Below, piece by piece: positions 49,898 to 60,459 of a stretch of 64,000 bases of DNA. The notes beneath the pieces are model-generated. The model saw only the letters and a list, made by a program, of their open reading frames with translations. It did not search any database and had not been told where the DNA came from. The position numbers and the translations under genes are program-made. The DNA comes from Nitrosopumilus sp. Its GTDB lineage: Archaea > Thermoproteota > Nitrososphaeria > Nitrososphaerales > Nitrosopumilaceae. Within the stretch, counting starts at the first letter, position 1. The number at the start of each line of letters is the position of its first letter. The DNA lies in assembly GCA_965249555.1 (NCBI GenBank), contig OZ252243.1, positions 1,600,001-1,664,000 of the forward strand, written 5' to 3'.

Positions 49898-50952
49898 TTT
49901 TCTAATATGTATTCATCTGAAACTTCCATTCCAAAATGTCTACCCGTAGCGGATTTTGCATGTACCATAACCATATCTCCTTTTTTTAGATGTGTAACTG
50001 ATACTAGTTGCCCATTTGGTCTTACAAAGCGAATTGTTTCAGCATCTTGTGCAATAATTCCGCCTATTTCCTCTCCTGCAGATGCTTTGATCATTAACAT
50101 TGGTCTTCGTTCAATCTTTGATCTTCCAACTGTTGCTCTTCTTGCTTTTCCTTTAGAATTAAGAATTAATACTTCGGAACCTGTTTCAACTTCTGAGAGA
50201 TAGTTGGTCGTACCATCGGGTGCAAGAGTATAACAATGAACAGCACCTGCATTTACTCTAAATGGTCTTGGGGATGTAAATGATGATCCTACTGATTCAT
50301 TATGAACTAGAAACAAAAAGTTTGATCTGTTTCCAATTAGCATTCCTTCTCCTTTGTGAAGCATTGAAGCTGTATCTACACAAACACGTTCGCCATCTCC
50401 AACTTCTTTTATTTCAATAATCTTTGCAGGCTTCATATCAAAACTACTGGTTCCTAGGTATACCATCGCCTCTCTTACTTCATTAATTGTTGATGTGCTG
50501 AAAATTACCCCATCAACTCCTACCTCTAAAATTGAAAACATTTTTCTTACTTCTTTAGGCGTTCTGGCAATTGCAAAAATTTTGGTATGTATTTTGTGGA
50601 GTTTTGCAATAATATTCTCAAGAGGAATAATTTTCCAGTCTTTTACTTCTACTATAACAAAGTCTAATCCTTTCTTTGCAGCAGAAAGAATATTTTCAAT
50701 ATCTGAATTCGATGATACCTGGAATTTCATTCCAACTTTCTTGCCTTTAGGCTTGGATGCTCCTTTTTCAAGAACCACATACTTTGCAGCACTTGAAGGA
50801 AAAACTGTCTGTAGTTTTGTTTTTCTCTTGCCTAGTTTTTTGGGGTCAAGATACACCATCTTGATTCCTTCAGCTTCTAATTGAGGAAGAAATTTGGTTA
50901 ATTGCGACTCTGGCACTTTAGGTGTAATTATTAATTCTCTTGTTTTACTCAA
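49894..50952 (-). CDS. 3-dehydroquinate synthase II (archaeal aroB')
   Basis: WKIIPLENIIA, RVCVDT and RPFRVNAGAVH motifs. Confidence 0.93.
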   Translation of the reverse strand: MSKTRELIITPKVPESQLTKFLPQLEAEGIKMVYLDPKKLGKRKTKLQTVFPSSAAKYVVLEKGASKPKGKKVGMKFQVSSNSDIENILSAAKKGLDFVIVEVKDWKIIPLENIIAKLHKIHTKIFAIARTPKEVRKMFSILEVGVDGVIFSTSTINEVREAMVYLGTSSFDMKPAKIIEIKEVGDGERVCVDTASMLHKGEGMLIGNRSNFLFLVHNESVGSSFTSPRPFRVNAGAVHCYTLAPDGTTNYLSEVETGSEVLILNSKGKARRATVGRSKIERRPMLMIKASAGEEIGGIIAQDAETIRFVRPNGQLVSVTHLKKGDMVMVHAKSATGRHFGMEVSDEYILEK

Positions 50953-51727
50953 TTTTTTTCAATGCTTCCTTTGCTGTTCCTTCCCTAAAAATTATTTCAG
51001 CTAATGCCTCTACTATTTTTTCAGGTGTTTTATGTGCAAAGATGTTTCTGCCATATGTGACACCTTTAGCTCCTGCAGACATGGCATCTTCAGTCATTTG
51101 AAGAATATCTAAATCTGTTTTTGCTTTTGGTCCACCTGCAATAACAATTGGAACTGGTGTGCTCTTTACAATTTTTGCAAAGGAATCTATATCACCTGTG
51201 TATAATGTTTTCACAATATCCGCACCGCATTCTGCACCAATTCTTGCAACATGTCCAACAATTTCAGGATCATGAGGGTCCTTGATGTTTTCTCCTCTTG
51301 GATACATCATTGCCAATAATGGCATTCCCCATTTGTGACATTGATCAGCAGTTGTTCCAAGTTGTTCTAACATCTCTGGTTCTTCTTTACCGCCAATGTT
51401 GATGTGTAATGAAACACCATCTGCTCCTAATGCCACAGCTTCTTTTACTGTTCCAGTTAACATCTTGCGATTGGGTGATAATGATAATGAAGTGCTACTT
51501 GAAAAATGAACTAAAATGCCAACTTTGGTTGGTTTAGGTAATGTTTTGAGAATTCCTTTGTTGATAATTACACTTGTGAGTCCATGTCCCTCACATTTGT
51601 AAATTGTAGAAGCGGGATCTTCGAGACCCTCAATAGGTCCATTTGAAATACCATGATCCATTGGAATACAAAGCATTCTTCCTTTTCTGAGAATTCGATT
51701 GAGTCTAATTTGATTTCCTGATACCAT
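50945..51727 (-). CDS. 2-amino-3,7-dideoxy-D-threo-hept-6-ulosonate synthase (DhnA-type aldolase, aroA')
   Basis: PMDHG, YPRG, GADIVKT and AGGPK motifs; adjacent to DHQ synthase II. Confidence 0.9.
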   Translation of the reverse strand: MVSGNQIRLNRILRKGRMLCIPMDHGISNGPIEGLEDPASTIYKCEGHGLTSVIINKGILKTLPKPTKVGILVHFSSSTSLSLSPNRKMLTGTVKEAVALGADGVSLHINIGGKEEPEMLEQLGTTADQCHKWGMPLLAMMYPRGENIKDPHDPEIVGHVARIGAECGADIVKTLYTGDIDSFAKIVKSTPVPIVIAGGPKAKTDLDILQMTEDAMSAGAKGVTYGRNIFAHKTPEKIVEALAEIIFREGTAKEALKKIE

Positions 51728-51883
51728 GTGTTGATCTCCATTTTATCCCTACTTAAAAATAACGTGAGCCAACACACTTGGGTTCAAACAGACTTGAGCC
51801 TAAATTCTTCACTTAATCAATTCTTTTTTCTGTTAATTTTTTCTATCAAGGATTAAATACAAATTAAAAAAGATGAATTACAA

Positions 51884-53002
51884 TTGAGCCAAACTACTGA
51901 ACAGATACAAAAAAGCGATATCAAAGATATTTTGGAGAATTCTCTAAATGGTAAAAGACCTGAACCTGAAGACTGCTTGAGACTCTTAGAGTCTAACGAT
52001 GTTCATCTTATGGGACTTGTTTCTGGACATTTAACAAGAAAACAATTTGGCAAAAAAGCATCTTTTATCAATAATATTATTTTGAATTATACCAATGTTT
52101 GTATCACTGATTGTAAGTTTTGTGCATTTTATCGACCACCCAGTGCTGAAGACGCTTACACATTAACTCTTGATCAAATTGAATCTAGAGTAAAGACTTC
52201 ATGGGATCTGTTTAAAATCCGTCAAGTTTTGATTCAAGGTGGACACAATCCAAACCTGAAGATCGAATACTATGAAGATGCATTCAGAATGATTAGAGAG
52301 AAATTTCCACAAGTTGGTGTTCATGGATTATCTACATCTGAAATTGATATGATTGCAAAAGTTGAAAAATCCTCTACCAGAGAAATTTTGTCAAGACTAA
52401 AAGATGCTGGTTTACAATCAGTACCTGGGGCCGGAGCTGAAATCTTAGTTGATTCAGTTAAAGATGTCATTAGTCCAAAGAAAATTTCTAGTGCTGATTG
52501 GATTAGAATAATGAATGAAGCCCATTCACTTGGACTACCAGCTTCTGCAACTATGATGTATGGTCATGTAGAAAACAAAAAAGATATTGTTGATCACTTT
52601 TTTAAAATTGTAAAACTTCAAGAAAAAACTAAAGGCTTTATGGCTTTTATCTCTTGGAATTTTGAACCAATCAATACTTTGATGCATGAAGAAGGTTTGG
52701 TTGAATATGGGACTGGTGGAGTTCAACTTTTGAAGATGATTGCAATCTCTAGATTAGTTTTTGATGGCTTAATTCCTCACATTCAATCTTCTTGGTTGAC
52801 AAATGGAGTTGGTATGGCTCAACTTGCTTTGCAATATGGTGCTGATGACTTTGGTGGTACACTCATTGGAGAAGAAGTTGTTTCATGCACAGGTGCTCGC
52901 TCAACTGAACTAACAGATAAAAAAATCATTGATGCAATTCATCAGATTGGATATCAGGTAGAAGAGAGAGATAATTTCTACAATCCGGTTAACACATCAT
53001 AA
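51884..53002 (+). CDS. mqnC: CofH/MqnC-family radical SAM enzyme (probable cyclic dehypoxanthinyl futalosine synthase)
   Basis: NYTNVCITDCKFCAF, PGAGAEIL and GADDFGGT motifs; next to a UbiD gene. Confidence 0.8.
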   Translation: MSQTTEQIQKSDIKDILENSLNGKRPEPEDCLRLLESNDVHLMGLVSGHLTRKQFGKKASFINNIILNYTNVCITDCKFCAFYRPPSAEDAYTLTLDQIESRVKTSWDLFKIRQVLIQGGHNPNLKIEYYEDAFRMIREKFPQVGVHGLSTSEIDMIAKVEKSSTREILSRLKDAGLQSVPGAGAEILVDSVKDVISPKKISSADWIRIMNEAHSLGLPASATMMYGHVENKKDIVDHFFKIVKLQEKTKGFMAFISWNFEPINTLMHEEGLVEYGTGGVQLLKMIAISRLVFDGLIPHIQSSWLTNGVGMAQLALQYGADDFGGTLIGEEVVSCTGARSTELTDKKIIDAIHQIGYQVEERDNFYNPVNTS

Positions 53003-54439
53003 TTCATAATCAGACCACTTAGAGTCAACTAGATTTTTTGTTTCATCATCAACTTTTACTTGCTGTTGAATTTCCCTTTCATATCCCTCCTCTTTGGTTT
53101 TTTGTGTTGCATCAATACCCATCTTAGAACCTAGATTGACAAGTGGAGATGCAGGATCAAGAGTGTCAGTTGGAGTGTTATTGATAATTATTGTATCTCT
53201 TGCTGCATCTGCTCTTGTAGTAATTGCCCAAATGACATCATTCATGTCATGTACGTTGATGTCATCATCTACTACCACAAACGTCTTTGTTAGAGATAGT
53301 TGTCCCATCCCCCATAATCCCATCATCACTTTCTTTGCTTGTCCTGGGTATCTTTTTTTGATTGAAATAATTGCTAATCCTTGAAACCATCCTGCTGATG
53401 GCATACTATAATCTACTACTTCTGGCTGGAGCATTTGAATCAATGGCAAGAATGATCGTTCGATAACTTTTCCAATGTATGCATCCTCCAAGACTGGTTT
53501 TCCAACAACTGTTGTAACATAGATTGGATCTTTTCTTCTCATAATTCCTGTTAGTGTAAATGTTGGATATGGCTCAACTGGTGTGTAGTATCCTGTATGA
53601 TCTCCAAATGGTCCTTCGTCTCTAATGTCTTCTGGATCTACGTACCCTTCTAAAACAATCTCTGCATTTGCAGGAACATCCAAATCAATCGTTTTGCATT
53701 TTACTGTTTTAATTCCTTCTTTTCTTGTAATTCCTGCAAACAAGTACTTGTCTAGTCCTTCTGGTACTGGTGCAATTGATGAAAATATTGTTGCAGGTTC
53801 TCCTCCAATAATTATTGCAACTGGAATTTTTTCACCTTTCTCTTTTGAAATGTCTCCGTGATGAGCACCTCTCTTGTGCTTTTGCCAGTGCATCAACGCA
53901 TGAGTTTTGTCTATTATCTGCATTCTATATACTCCCAGATTTCTTACTCCTGTTTCTGGATGTTTTGTTGCAACTAATCCTAGGGTGATAAATCGACCAG
54001 CATCATTAGGCCATGATTTTAGAATTGGTAAATCATCAAAAGATGCATCACTTGATGTTATTTCAGTTACTGGCCCACTTGTTTCTGCTTTGGGAAATGA
54101 TGATGCCATCTTTGAGAGTTCTGGAAGTTTTTTAATTTTATTTAGAAAACCTGATGGAATATCCATCTTTGTCATATCTGCAATACGTTGGCCAATTTCA
54201 GTAAAGTCTGTCATCTCTAGTGCTATCTCTAATCTTTTCATGGATCCAAATGCATTTCCTAAAACCGGCATGTCGTATCCTTTTACATTTTCAAAAAGAA
54301 TTGCAGATCCCTTAGAGTACATTTCTCTTCTCAATATTTCTGCAATTTCCAAATCAGAGTCAACTTCAGTTTTAACTCTCTTTAATTCACCATTTTTTTC
54401 AAGCTCTGAAACAAATTCATGAGTGTCTTCTATTGGCAC
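52997..54439 (-). CDS. ubiD: UbiD-family (menaquinone biosynthesis) decarboxylase
   Basis: NLGVYRMQ, EGPFGDHTGYY and VVVDDDI motifs. Confidence 0.9.
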   Translation of the reverse strand: MPIEDTHEFVSELEKNGELKRVKTEVDSDLEIAEILRREMYSKGSAILFENVKGYDMPVLGNAFGSMKRLEIALEMTDFTEIGQRIADMTKMDIPSGFLNKIKKLPELSKMASSFPKAETSGPVTEITSSDASFDDLPILKSWPNDAGRFITLGLVATKHPETGVRNLGVYRMQIIDKTHALMHWQKHKRGAHHGDISKEKGEKIPVAIIIGGEPATIFSSIAPVPEGLDKYLFAGITRKEGIKTVKCKTIDLDVPANAEIVLEGYVDPEDIRDEGPFGDHTGYYTPVEPYPTFTLTGIMRRKDPIYVTTVVGKPVLEDAYIGKVIERSFLPLIQMLQPEVVDYSMPSAGWFQGLAIISIKKRYPGQAKKVMMGLWGMGQLSLTKTFVVVDDDINVHDMNDVIWAITTRADAARDTIIINNTPTDTLDPASPLVNLGSKMGIDATQKTKEEGYEREIQQQVKVDDETKNLVDSKWSDYEL

Positions 54440-54553
54440 AATGATTCTGATGTTAGTTCAAGTATAAGCTTAACTGGATTTACGTAGAACTGGGTTTTTC
54501 TTTATGTTCTGTTAACAAATGTATTTTAGTTCTAACTCATAGGAAAAACAGTA

Positions 54554-54784
54554 TTGGCTGATGACAAATGTGTCGTTTGTAAGGGAAATGGAACCATAGA
54601 ATTACTTGGCTCTCAATGTCCTTTTTGTAACGGAACCGGTGAACCAAATCAATCTGCCAAATCATATCTTGATTCTCATATCTGTCAATGCATTTTTCTT
54701 GATAGAAAAAGATGCCCTCTATGTGGAAAACGATGTCATCATGATACTCCAAACAAACCTAAAATTCTGTTAAGTCCTGAATAA
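54554..54784 (+). CDS. Small Cys-rich protein with CxxCxGxG repeats
   Basis: CVVCKGNG, CPFCNGTG and CPLCG. Confidence 0.65.
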   Translation: MADDKCVVCKGNGTIELLGSQCPFCNGTGEPNQSAKSYLDSHICQCIFLDRKRCPLCGKRCHHDTPNKPKILLSPE

Positions 54785-54785
54785 T

Positions 54786-55160
54786 CTATACTGGTGGGAG
54801 TTCAGTCTTTCTGTCATGACCGCCAGAACCGAACTTGCAGTAAAAACATAATTCTGATTCCATATACTTTAGTTGTTCAACTTGAATTGCTCCTATTTTT
54901 AGAGCAATCTTTGTTAGAATTCTATATTTTAATGGCATTGCAGGAATTACTTCTTCAATGTATACTTTGTAATGATCTGGACAAAACTTGAGTGTAATTT
55001 TGGTTGGTTCTTTACCTTTTTGATTTACCTGTTTTGTAAAAGTGATTTGCTCTCTAATGTATTCATGTTTTGGACATGGGCAATCTCTTCCACCTGGATG
55101 TTTGTATGCTGGTATGTTCTTCCAGTCAAAATCAGGATACTCTTTCTCGAAATCGTCCAT
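54786..55160 (-). CDS. Hypothetical Cys-containing protein
   Basis: ORF with CPCP, CPDH and CFYC. Confidence 0.65.
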   Translation of the reverse strand: MDDFEKEYPDFDWKNIPAYKHPGGRDCPCPKHEYIREQITFTKQVNQKGKEPTKITLKFCPDHYKVYIEEVIPAMPLKYRILTKIALKIGAIQVEQLKYMESELCFYCKFGSGGHDRKTELPPV

Positions 55161-55344
55161 TGTAACTATTATTTCATTTGTGCATATATCTATTATAGAT
55201 TTGTACGATTTTTATGGAAATTCTCCAAAATTGATAGTAACTCCGTGCAAATAGCCACGTTCCCAAAATGTTTCTGATCCCACAATTCATTTATTTTCTA
55301 TTTTTAATAGTAATGTTCTTCTTTGATCATTTTCTATATTATTC

Positions 55345-55536
55345 ATGGCTCCAAAAATCGCTTGCCCTAACTGTCAGCAAAACGAATGGCTTGAAAATGC
55401 TGAATTGAACTATCTCCCTAAAGTTACTAAAATAGAAGGTGGGAAATATGTATCTGATACTGATAATGGTATTCATATCAAACTATGGCGATGTAACAAT
55501 TGCATGTATGTTATGCAATTTTGGGAGCCTGACTGA
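55345..55536 (+). CDS. Small Zn-ribbon protein
   Basis: CPNC...CNNC. Confidence 0.65.
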   Translation: MAPKIACPNCQQNEWLENAELNYLPKVTKIEGGKYVSDTDNGIHIKLWRCNNCMYVMQFWEPD

Positions 55537-55672
55537 TTTTTTGATAATTTTCAAAATCTACAATTGATCTGATGAAAATTTTGTAAATTATTGTGCCTCT
55601 TTGAGAATTAATTAAAAGTACGATCTAACACTAATCAAAATGTAAATAAACCGTGTATATTTACAATAAGGA

Positions 55673-56500
55673 ATGGCAACAAAAAAAGCAAGTACTAAAA
55701 AAGCTCTAGAAACTAAAATTGCAAAATTAGAAGCAAAATTATCTAAACTATCAGCACAACTTGAAGTACCAAAGCCAGCAGAGGTAAAACCAGCTGAGAC
55801 AAAGCCAGCAGAGGTAAAACCAGCTGAGACAAAGCCAGCAGAGGTAAAACCAGCTGAGACAAAGCCAGCAGAGGTAAAACCAGCTGAGACAAAGCCAGCA
55901 GAGGTAAAACCAGCTGAGAAAGCGCCACCAGCTCCCGTAACATTTCAAACTGCATTAGAAAATGCATACTCAAATGCTACAATGACTTCTTTCCATGATT
56001 ACCGAGCAAAGGTTACAGGTTATGTCCCAGCGGCAAACAGATACTTTGTGAGACTACATGCTCCTGTGGGAAAAGTTCCAACATCAAACTGGAACGAGCA
56101 AAAAGCAAAGGTTACTGGTTATACACAACCATCAAACCAATACTTTGCAACAAGACAAAGATTAGCTTACAGTCCACCAGGTAAAACATTTGGAAGTTTT
56201 AGTGGTGTTACCATGAGTGTTGAAGGCGTTGAAATAAAAGCACAAACACAAGAACCCCCAAAACCAGCTGAGACAACACAAGCACCTCCTCCACAATCTA
56301 GTTCCAGTAGCAATACCGGAAATTCAAAAAAACAATCATTGGAAGAGTATGAAGCTGATTACATACAAAGAATGGCAGACCAGCAAAAAGAGAATGAAGA
56401 ACTAATGAGAGCAGCCGCAGAGCTAAATGCAAAGCGTCAAGCAGAATCTCAATCAAGTGGTTCTCAATCTAAAAAGGGTGCATTACCAAAAGGTTTCTAA
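55673..56500 (+). CDS. Low-complexity hypothetical protein with a coiled coil, KPAE repeats and a duplicated AKVTGY motif
   Basis: ORF translation. Confidence 0.75.
   Translation: MATKKASTKKALETKIAKLEAKLSKLSAQLEVPKPAEVKPAETKPAEVKPAETKPAEVKPAETKPAEVKPAETKPAEVKPAEKAPPAPVTFQTALENAYSNATMTSFHDYRAKVTGYVPAANRYFVRLHAPVGKVPTSNWNEQKAKVTGYTQPSNQYFATRQRLAYSPPGKTFGSFSGVTMSVEGVEIKAQTQEPPKPAETTQAPPPQSSSSSNTGNSKKQSLEEYEADYIQRMADQQKENEELMRAAAELNAKRQAESQSSGSQSKKGALPKGF
55771..55920. repeat. 30-bp tandem repeat x5 encoding KPAEVKPAET
   Basis: Copies of aaagccagcagaggtaaaaccagctgagac. Confidence 0.95.
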
Positions 56501-56526
56501 TTTTTTACTCCCAACTTTTCTTATTT

Positions 56527-57003
56527 TTAATTTGAACTTAGGAAATCCTCTAGAACTTGTTTTGAATGTCCTGCAGCCTTTACCTTGGGATAAATTTTGA
56601 AAATCTTTCCTTTTTCATCTATGAGAAATGTACTTCTTGTTACTCCCATGTATTCTCTACCCATAAATTTTTTCTTACCCCAAACACCAAACATCTTTGA
56701 GACCTTCTTGTCTACATCTGCTAAAAGTGGATATTTTATTCCCATTTTGTCACAAAATTTTTTGTGAGAGTCTACATCATCAGGACTGATACCAATAATT
56801 TCAATTCCTTCTTTTAGGAATTTTTTATAGTCTTTTGAAAACTCGTCAGCCTCTGTAGTACATCCTGGTGTGAAATCTTTTGGATAAAAGTAGATGGCAT
56901 GTTTTTTGCCCTTAAAATCTATAGATTTTACTTTGTTACCTTTTGCATCATTTATCTCAAATTTTGGAACAGGATCTCCTTCAGAAATCATTACATCATA
57001 CAA
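56527..57003 (-). CDS. bcp: Peroxiredoxin, BCP/PrxQ type
   Basis: YFYPKDFTPGCTTEA. Confidence 0.93.
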   Translation of the reverse strand: MYDVMISEGDPVPKFEINDAKGNKVKSIDFKGKKHAIYFYPKDFTPGCTTEADEFSKDYKKFLKEGIEIIGISPDDVDSHKKFCDKMGIKYPLLADVDKKVSKMFGVWGKKKFMGREYMGVTRSTFLIDEKGKIFKIYPKVKAAGHSKQVLEDFLSSN

Positions 57004-57095
57004 TGAATTTCTCCATAATTAATTACTTTTTGACCTACGCTGATCATAATTTTGGTTCGAATCTTTTATATGGAAACTGGAATGGATTTTTCTTA

Positions 57096-57800
57096 ATGGT
57101 TAATACGAGAGCATTCCTTGCTGAGGCAATTGCAACTTATGGCTTGGTATTTTTTGGTCCTCTCTCAGTAATTTTAGCAATCTCTGCATTTGGAGAAGAA
57201 TTAACAACACAATCTGTATTGTTTATTGCTCTTGGACACGGAGGCGCTATTGCATTTATGGTCTATGCATTTGGGCATGTATCTGGCGCTCACATTAATC
57301 CTGCAGTTACTATCCCGATGATGATTACAAAAAAGATTGGAATTGCAGATGGTGTTGGTTATATTATTTCACAATTAATTGGTGCAGTAGCAGCAGCTGC
57401 CACACTTAAAGCAATTTTGCCAGAACTTGGAGCCCAAGTAAACTTTGCAACTCAAGGAGGTCCAAGTGAATTAATCAATAATAGCATTGGCTCTGCATTT
57501 GCAGTAGAGGCAGTTTTGACCTTCTTCTTAGTAACTGTAATCTTTATGGTAGCTGTTCACAAGAAAGCATCTCCTGGATTGCATGGATTTACAATTGGTG
57601 GAATGGTCTTTCTTATTCACCTAGTCGCAGTTCCACTAACTGGCGCATCAGTAAACCCTGCAAGAACCTTTGGCCCTGCATTAATCTCTGGATTCTGGGA
57701 ATTCCATTGGTTGTATTGGGCAGCCCCAATCTTAGGTGGAATCATTGCTGGTTTGATAATGAACTATGTTTTTGTTAAACAAGCAGAACAGGAAGCATAG
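57096..57800 (+). CDS. MIP-family aquaporin
   Basis: SGAHINPAVT and GASVNPART (two NPA motifs). Confidence 0.95.
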   Translation: MVNTRAFLAEAIATYGLVFFGPLSVILAISAFGEELTTQSVLFIALGHGGAIAFMVYAFGHVSGAHINPAVTIPMMITKKIGIADGVGYIISQLIGAVAAAATLKAILPELGAQVNFATQGGPSELINNSIGSAFAVEAVLTFFLVTVIFMVAVHKKASPGLHGFTIGGMVFLIHLVAVPLTGASVNPARTFGPALISGFWEFHWLYWAAPILGGIIAGLIMNYVFVKQAEQEA

Positions 57801-57847
57801 TTTTTCAAATACCAACATTTTTAAAAATTTGATATTATTTTTGCCAT

Positions 57848-58285
57848 ATGGCCTTTATTGATGATATATCGAGCATGTTTAATGCTGAATCTGAAAAGCT
57901 TGAGAATCTGATCAACCATGCAACAACATCTGAATTATCTTTACATGAAATTGTTGATACATACTATCAAATCATGAATGTCTCCTCAATGATTACTATG
58001 CTAAAGCAGCAGCTAAATTCAGATGAACATCGCACATTACTAGATAAAATTGCAGAAATGGAGCAAGTGATATCTGAGAAATTTAATCACATTATACATC
58101 CTCAGGTTATGGAAAAACTTGCAAAATCAATTCAAGACACAATGAATAATCTTCAGTCTGGAAACTCTGAGCAAAAATCAAAAGAAGAAACTGAAAATGA
58201 TGCAAAACTCTATGAAGAATTGCGCAAAAAAATGAGTACTAGAGAATTTGTTGACCAATATGACAAAGGATTGTCTCATGATTGA
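57848..58285 (+). CDS. Hypothetical helical protein
   Basis: ORF. Confidence 0.65.
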   Translation: MAFIDDISSMFNAESEKLENLINHATTSELSLHEIVDTYYQIMNVSSMITMLKQQLNSDEHRTLLDKIAEMEQVISEKFNHIIHPQVMEKLAKSIQDTMNNLQSGNSEQKSKEETENDAKLYEELRKKMSTREFVDQYDKGLSHD

Positions 58286-59093
58286 TGCACTTGCAAAAAA
58301 TCTGGTCCATTTAAAAAAAGAATTTGCAAAAAACTATGCTGGTAAAAGTCAAATTCAGGAAGTAATTCCTACTACAACATCTGACCTGTTTCCAGTCCCA
58401 CAACAAGATTTAGAATTGTTACACCAATTTGCAACAAAGAATCCTATCTATTATCACTCTTATGAACAAACTGTTGGTGAGACTTCTTGTATTGTTTATG
58501 AAGGTGACATTAACAAATATTGGTTAAACAGTATCCAGTGTGGTTCAAGTCATGCACCTTTTTCTCCAACATGGATAATGTCTGCATATGTTGGTGTCTT
58601 GCTTGCAAAAGAACTTGGATATGCTGAAGTAATTGATATTGGTTCTGGAGATGGCAGAATTGCATTTTGTGCTAAAGTTTTAGATTTAGAATCATACAGT
58701 ATTGAAATTGATAGTATGTTAGTTGAATTACAAAAACTTTTGACCATTCTTGATTTTCATCCATACTGCTCTGATGCAGTGGCATTTGATTATTCTTCAT
58801 TGAATCTAACACAACCGATCTTTTTCATTGGTGGTCTTGCACAAATGGGTGGAACTGAATTGGCATCTGGAGTTTTTGACAAAATTGATTCAATCTCTAA
58901 TCTTACAAATGTCGGATGGGTATTTGCTGGCACTTACTCTCAAAAATATCATATAGATCCAAAAAATGAGGCCGGGTGGGGTACATTAATTGAAAAAAAT
59001 AATCTCAAATCCATTCACACTATTTCTTTGCCAACTATTTGGACATTTCATGAATCCGAAGAAACTCCTTACATCTTTGCGCAACCAATCTGA
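58278..59093 (+). CDS. Putative SAM-dependent methyltransferase
   Basis: VIDIGSGDGRI...SIEID. Confidence 0.7.
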   Translation: MIDALAKNLVHLKKEFAKNYAGKSQIQEVIPTTTSDLFPVPQQDLELLHQFATKNPIYYHSYEQTVGETSCIVYEGDINKYWLNSIQCGSSHAPFSPTWIMSAYVGVLLAKELGYAEVIDIGSGDGRIAFCAKVLDLESYSIEIDSMLVELQKLLTILDFHPYCSDAVAFDYSSLNLTQPIFFIGGLAQMGGTELASGVFDKIDSISNLTNVGWVFAGTYSQKYHIDPKNEAGWGTLIEKNNLKSIHTISLPTIWTFHESEETPYIFAQPI

Positions 59094-59134
59094 CTAATAG
59101 CAATCCAAATTAAGCGTAAATTTCAAAACTTTTC

Positions 59135-59209
59135 GGACTCGTTGCACAGCTTGGATAGTGCGAACGCTTGCGGAGCGTTAGGTCACCGGTTCAAATCCGG
59201 TCGAGCCCG
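59135..59209 (+). tRNA. tRNA-Arg(GCG)
   Basis: Cloverleaf with anticodon arm aacgc-ttGCGga-gcgtt and T-arm accgg-ttcaaat-ccggt; no encoded CCA. Confidence 0.93.
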
Positions 59210-59261
59210 CTTACCATTCATTATCTTATTAATATCTTAAATATCATAATCAATAACAACA

Positions 59262-59663
59262 ATGATGAGTCCTGACGATTTCAACTCCTCTTCAATTCTA
59301 GTCAAAGATGTTATGGCTAAAGCACTAATCTCTGTAAATCCTAACACCACAGCTTTGCAAATAGCAAAAATGATGGAACAAGGAGGAATAGGTGCAATTC
59401 TTGTCAAAGAAAATGAGAATCTTGTTGGTATAATTACTGATAGAGACTTTGCAACAAAAATTGCTGCAAACAATCTTCCATTTGATACTCCAGTTGCAAA
59501 AATAATGTCTTCTCCACTGATCACAATCAATTATGATGAATCAATTGTTGCTGCCGCAGAAAGAATGAGCAGCAAAAAAATCCGAAAACTTGCAGTATCT
59601 GATAACGGTGTCATTGTTGGACTGATCACTTCAACTGATCTAGTTGACCAGCTTGCAAAATAA
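59262..59663 (+). CDS. CBS-domain pair protein
   Basis: VKDVM, LVGIITDRD and IVGLITSTD motifs. Confidence 0.9.
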   Translation: MMSPDDFNSSSILVKDVMAKALISVNPNTTALQIAKMMEQGGIGAILVKENENLVGIITDRDFATKIAANNLPFDTPVAKIMSSPLITINYDESIVAAAERMSSKKIRKLAVSDNGVIVGLITSTDLVDQLAK

Positions 59664-59915
59664 CTAAAATGTCTTTGTCTTTCTAAGAAACACTGTAACA
59701 GTTACCATGTAACATGCAGTTGAAATGATTTCTAAAATTAATGATGCCAAGTATGGTTTTATTCCAATCTCAAGAAAATAATACAGCGTTGTCCATCTTA
59801 CTACGAGATATATTATTTCTCCTACGCCAAATGATGAAACCAATGCAAGCAATTCTCTTTTGATTAAACTTGATTTCATAGTCTTGTAGCGTCCTTTATT
59901 ATCTAAATAAAACAA
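59664..59915 (-). pseudogene. Membrane protein fragment (possibly GtrA-like, frameshifted)
   Basis: Hydrophobic ORF lacking a convincing N-terminus. Confidence 0.35.
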
Positions 59916-60201
59916 ACATGAAAAAATCCCAAAGCAAACAACGTATCCAAAAATTATGGTAAAAGTTATGATTAATACGTGGTTTTCAATGATCTGATTT
60001 TACAGGATAGTTATGATTTGTTCCCAGATTTACTTTGCAAATAATCAGAAAATATCTCATCTGCAATCTCTACAACATCCATATCTTTTCTCACAGCCAA
60101 ACTATATAACTTCCTGGCATTTCCCTTGTTCAACAAAATAACAACTCTCTGTTGTAATAATCCACTCTTTGCTTTCTTGAGCAACTTGAGATGTTTTTGG
60201 A

Positions 60202-60459
60202 CTACGACTCAAATCCTAGATTCGATACTATGTTATTCCACAAGGTTATGTATCTTTTTTTGAAAATATAATTGAGCTCACAAACATCTTCCATTCTATT
60301 CGGGTCTATAACACAACCATTTTCATCTGTCAGAATATCTTTATCTTTAATTTCAACATATCCTTCTTCTATAATTGGAACAAATAAGATAATTGTTACA
60401 GTTACTACAGTTACTACAGTTACAGCTATTACAATTAAAAGATATAGGGTATCTCTCAT
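60202..60459 (-). CDS. Small membrane-anchored hypothetical protein
   Basis: N-terminal TM helix. Confidence 0.5.
   Translation of the reverse strand: MRDTLYLLIVIAVTVVTVVTVTIILFVPIIEEGYVEIKDKDILTDENGCVIDPNRMEDVCELNYIFKKRYITLWNNIVSNLGFES

Noticed and set aside
56943-57095. N-terminal extensions given by the ORF track for the aquaporin (also thiC, rps24e and the chorismate mutase fusion)
   Set aside because: They overlap neighbouring genes or promoters; downstream ATGs match family N-termini
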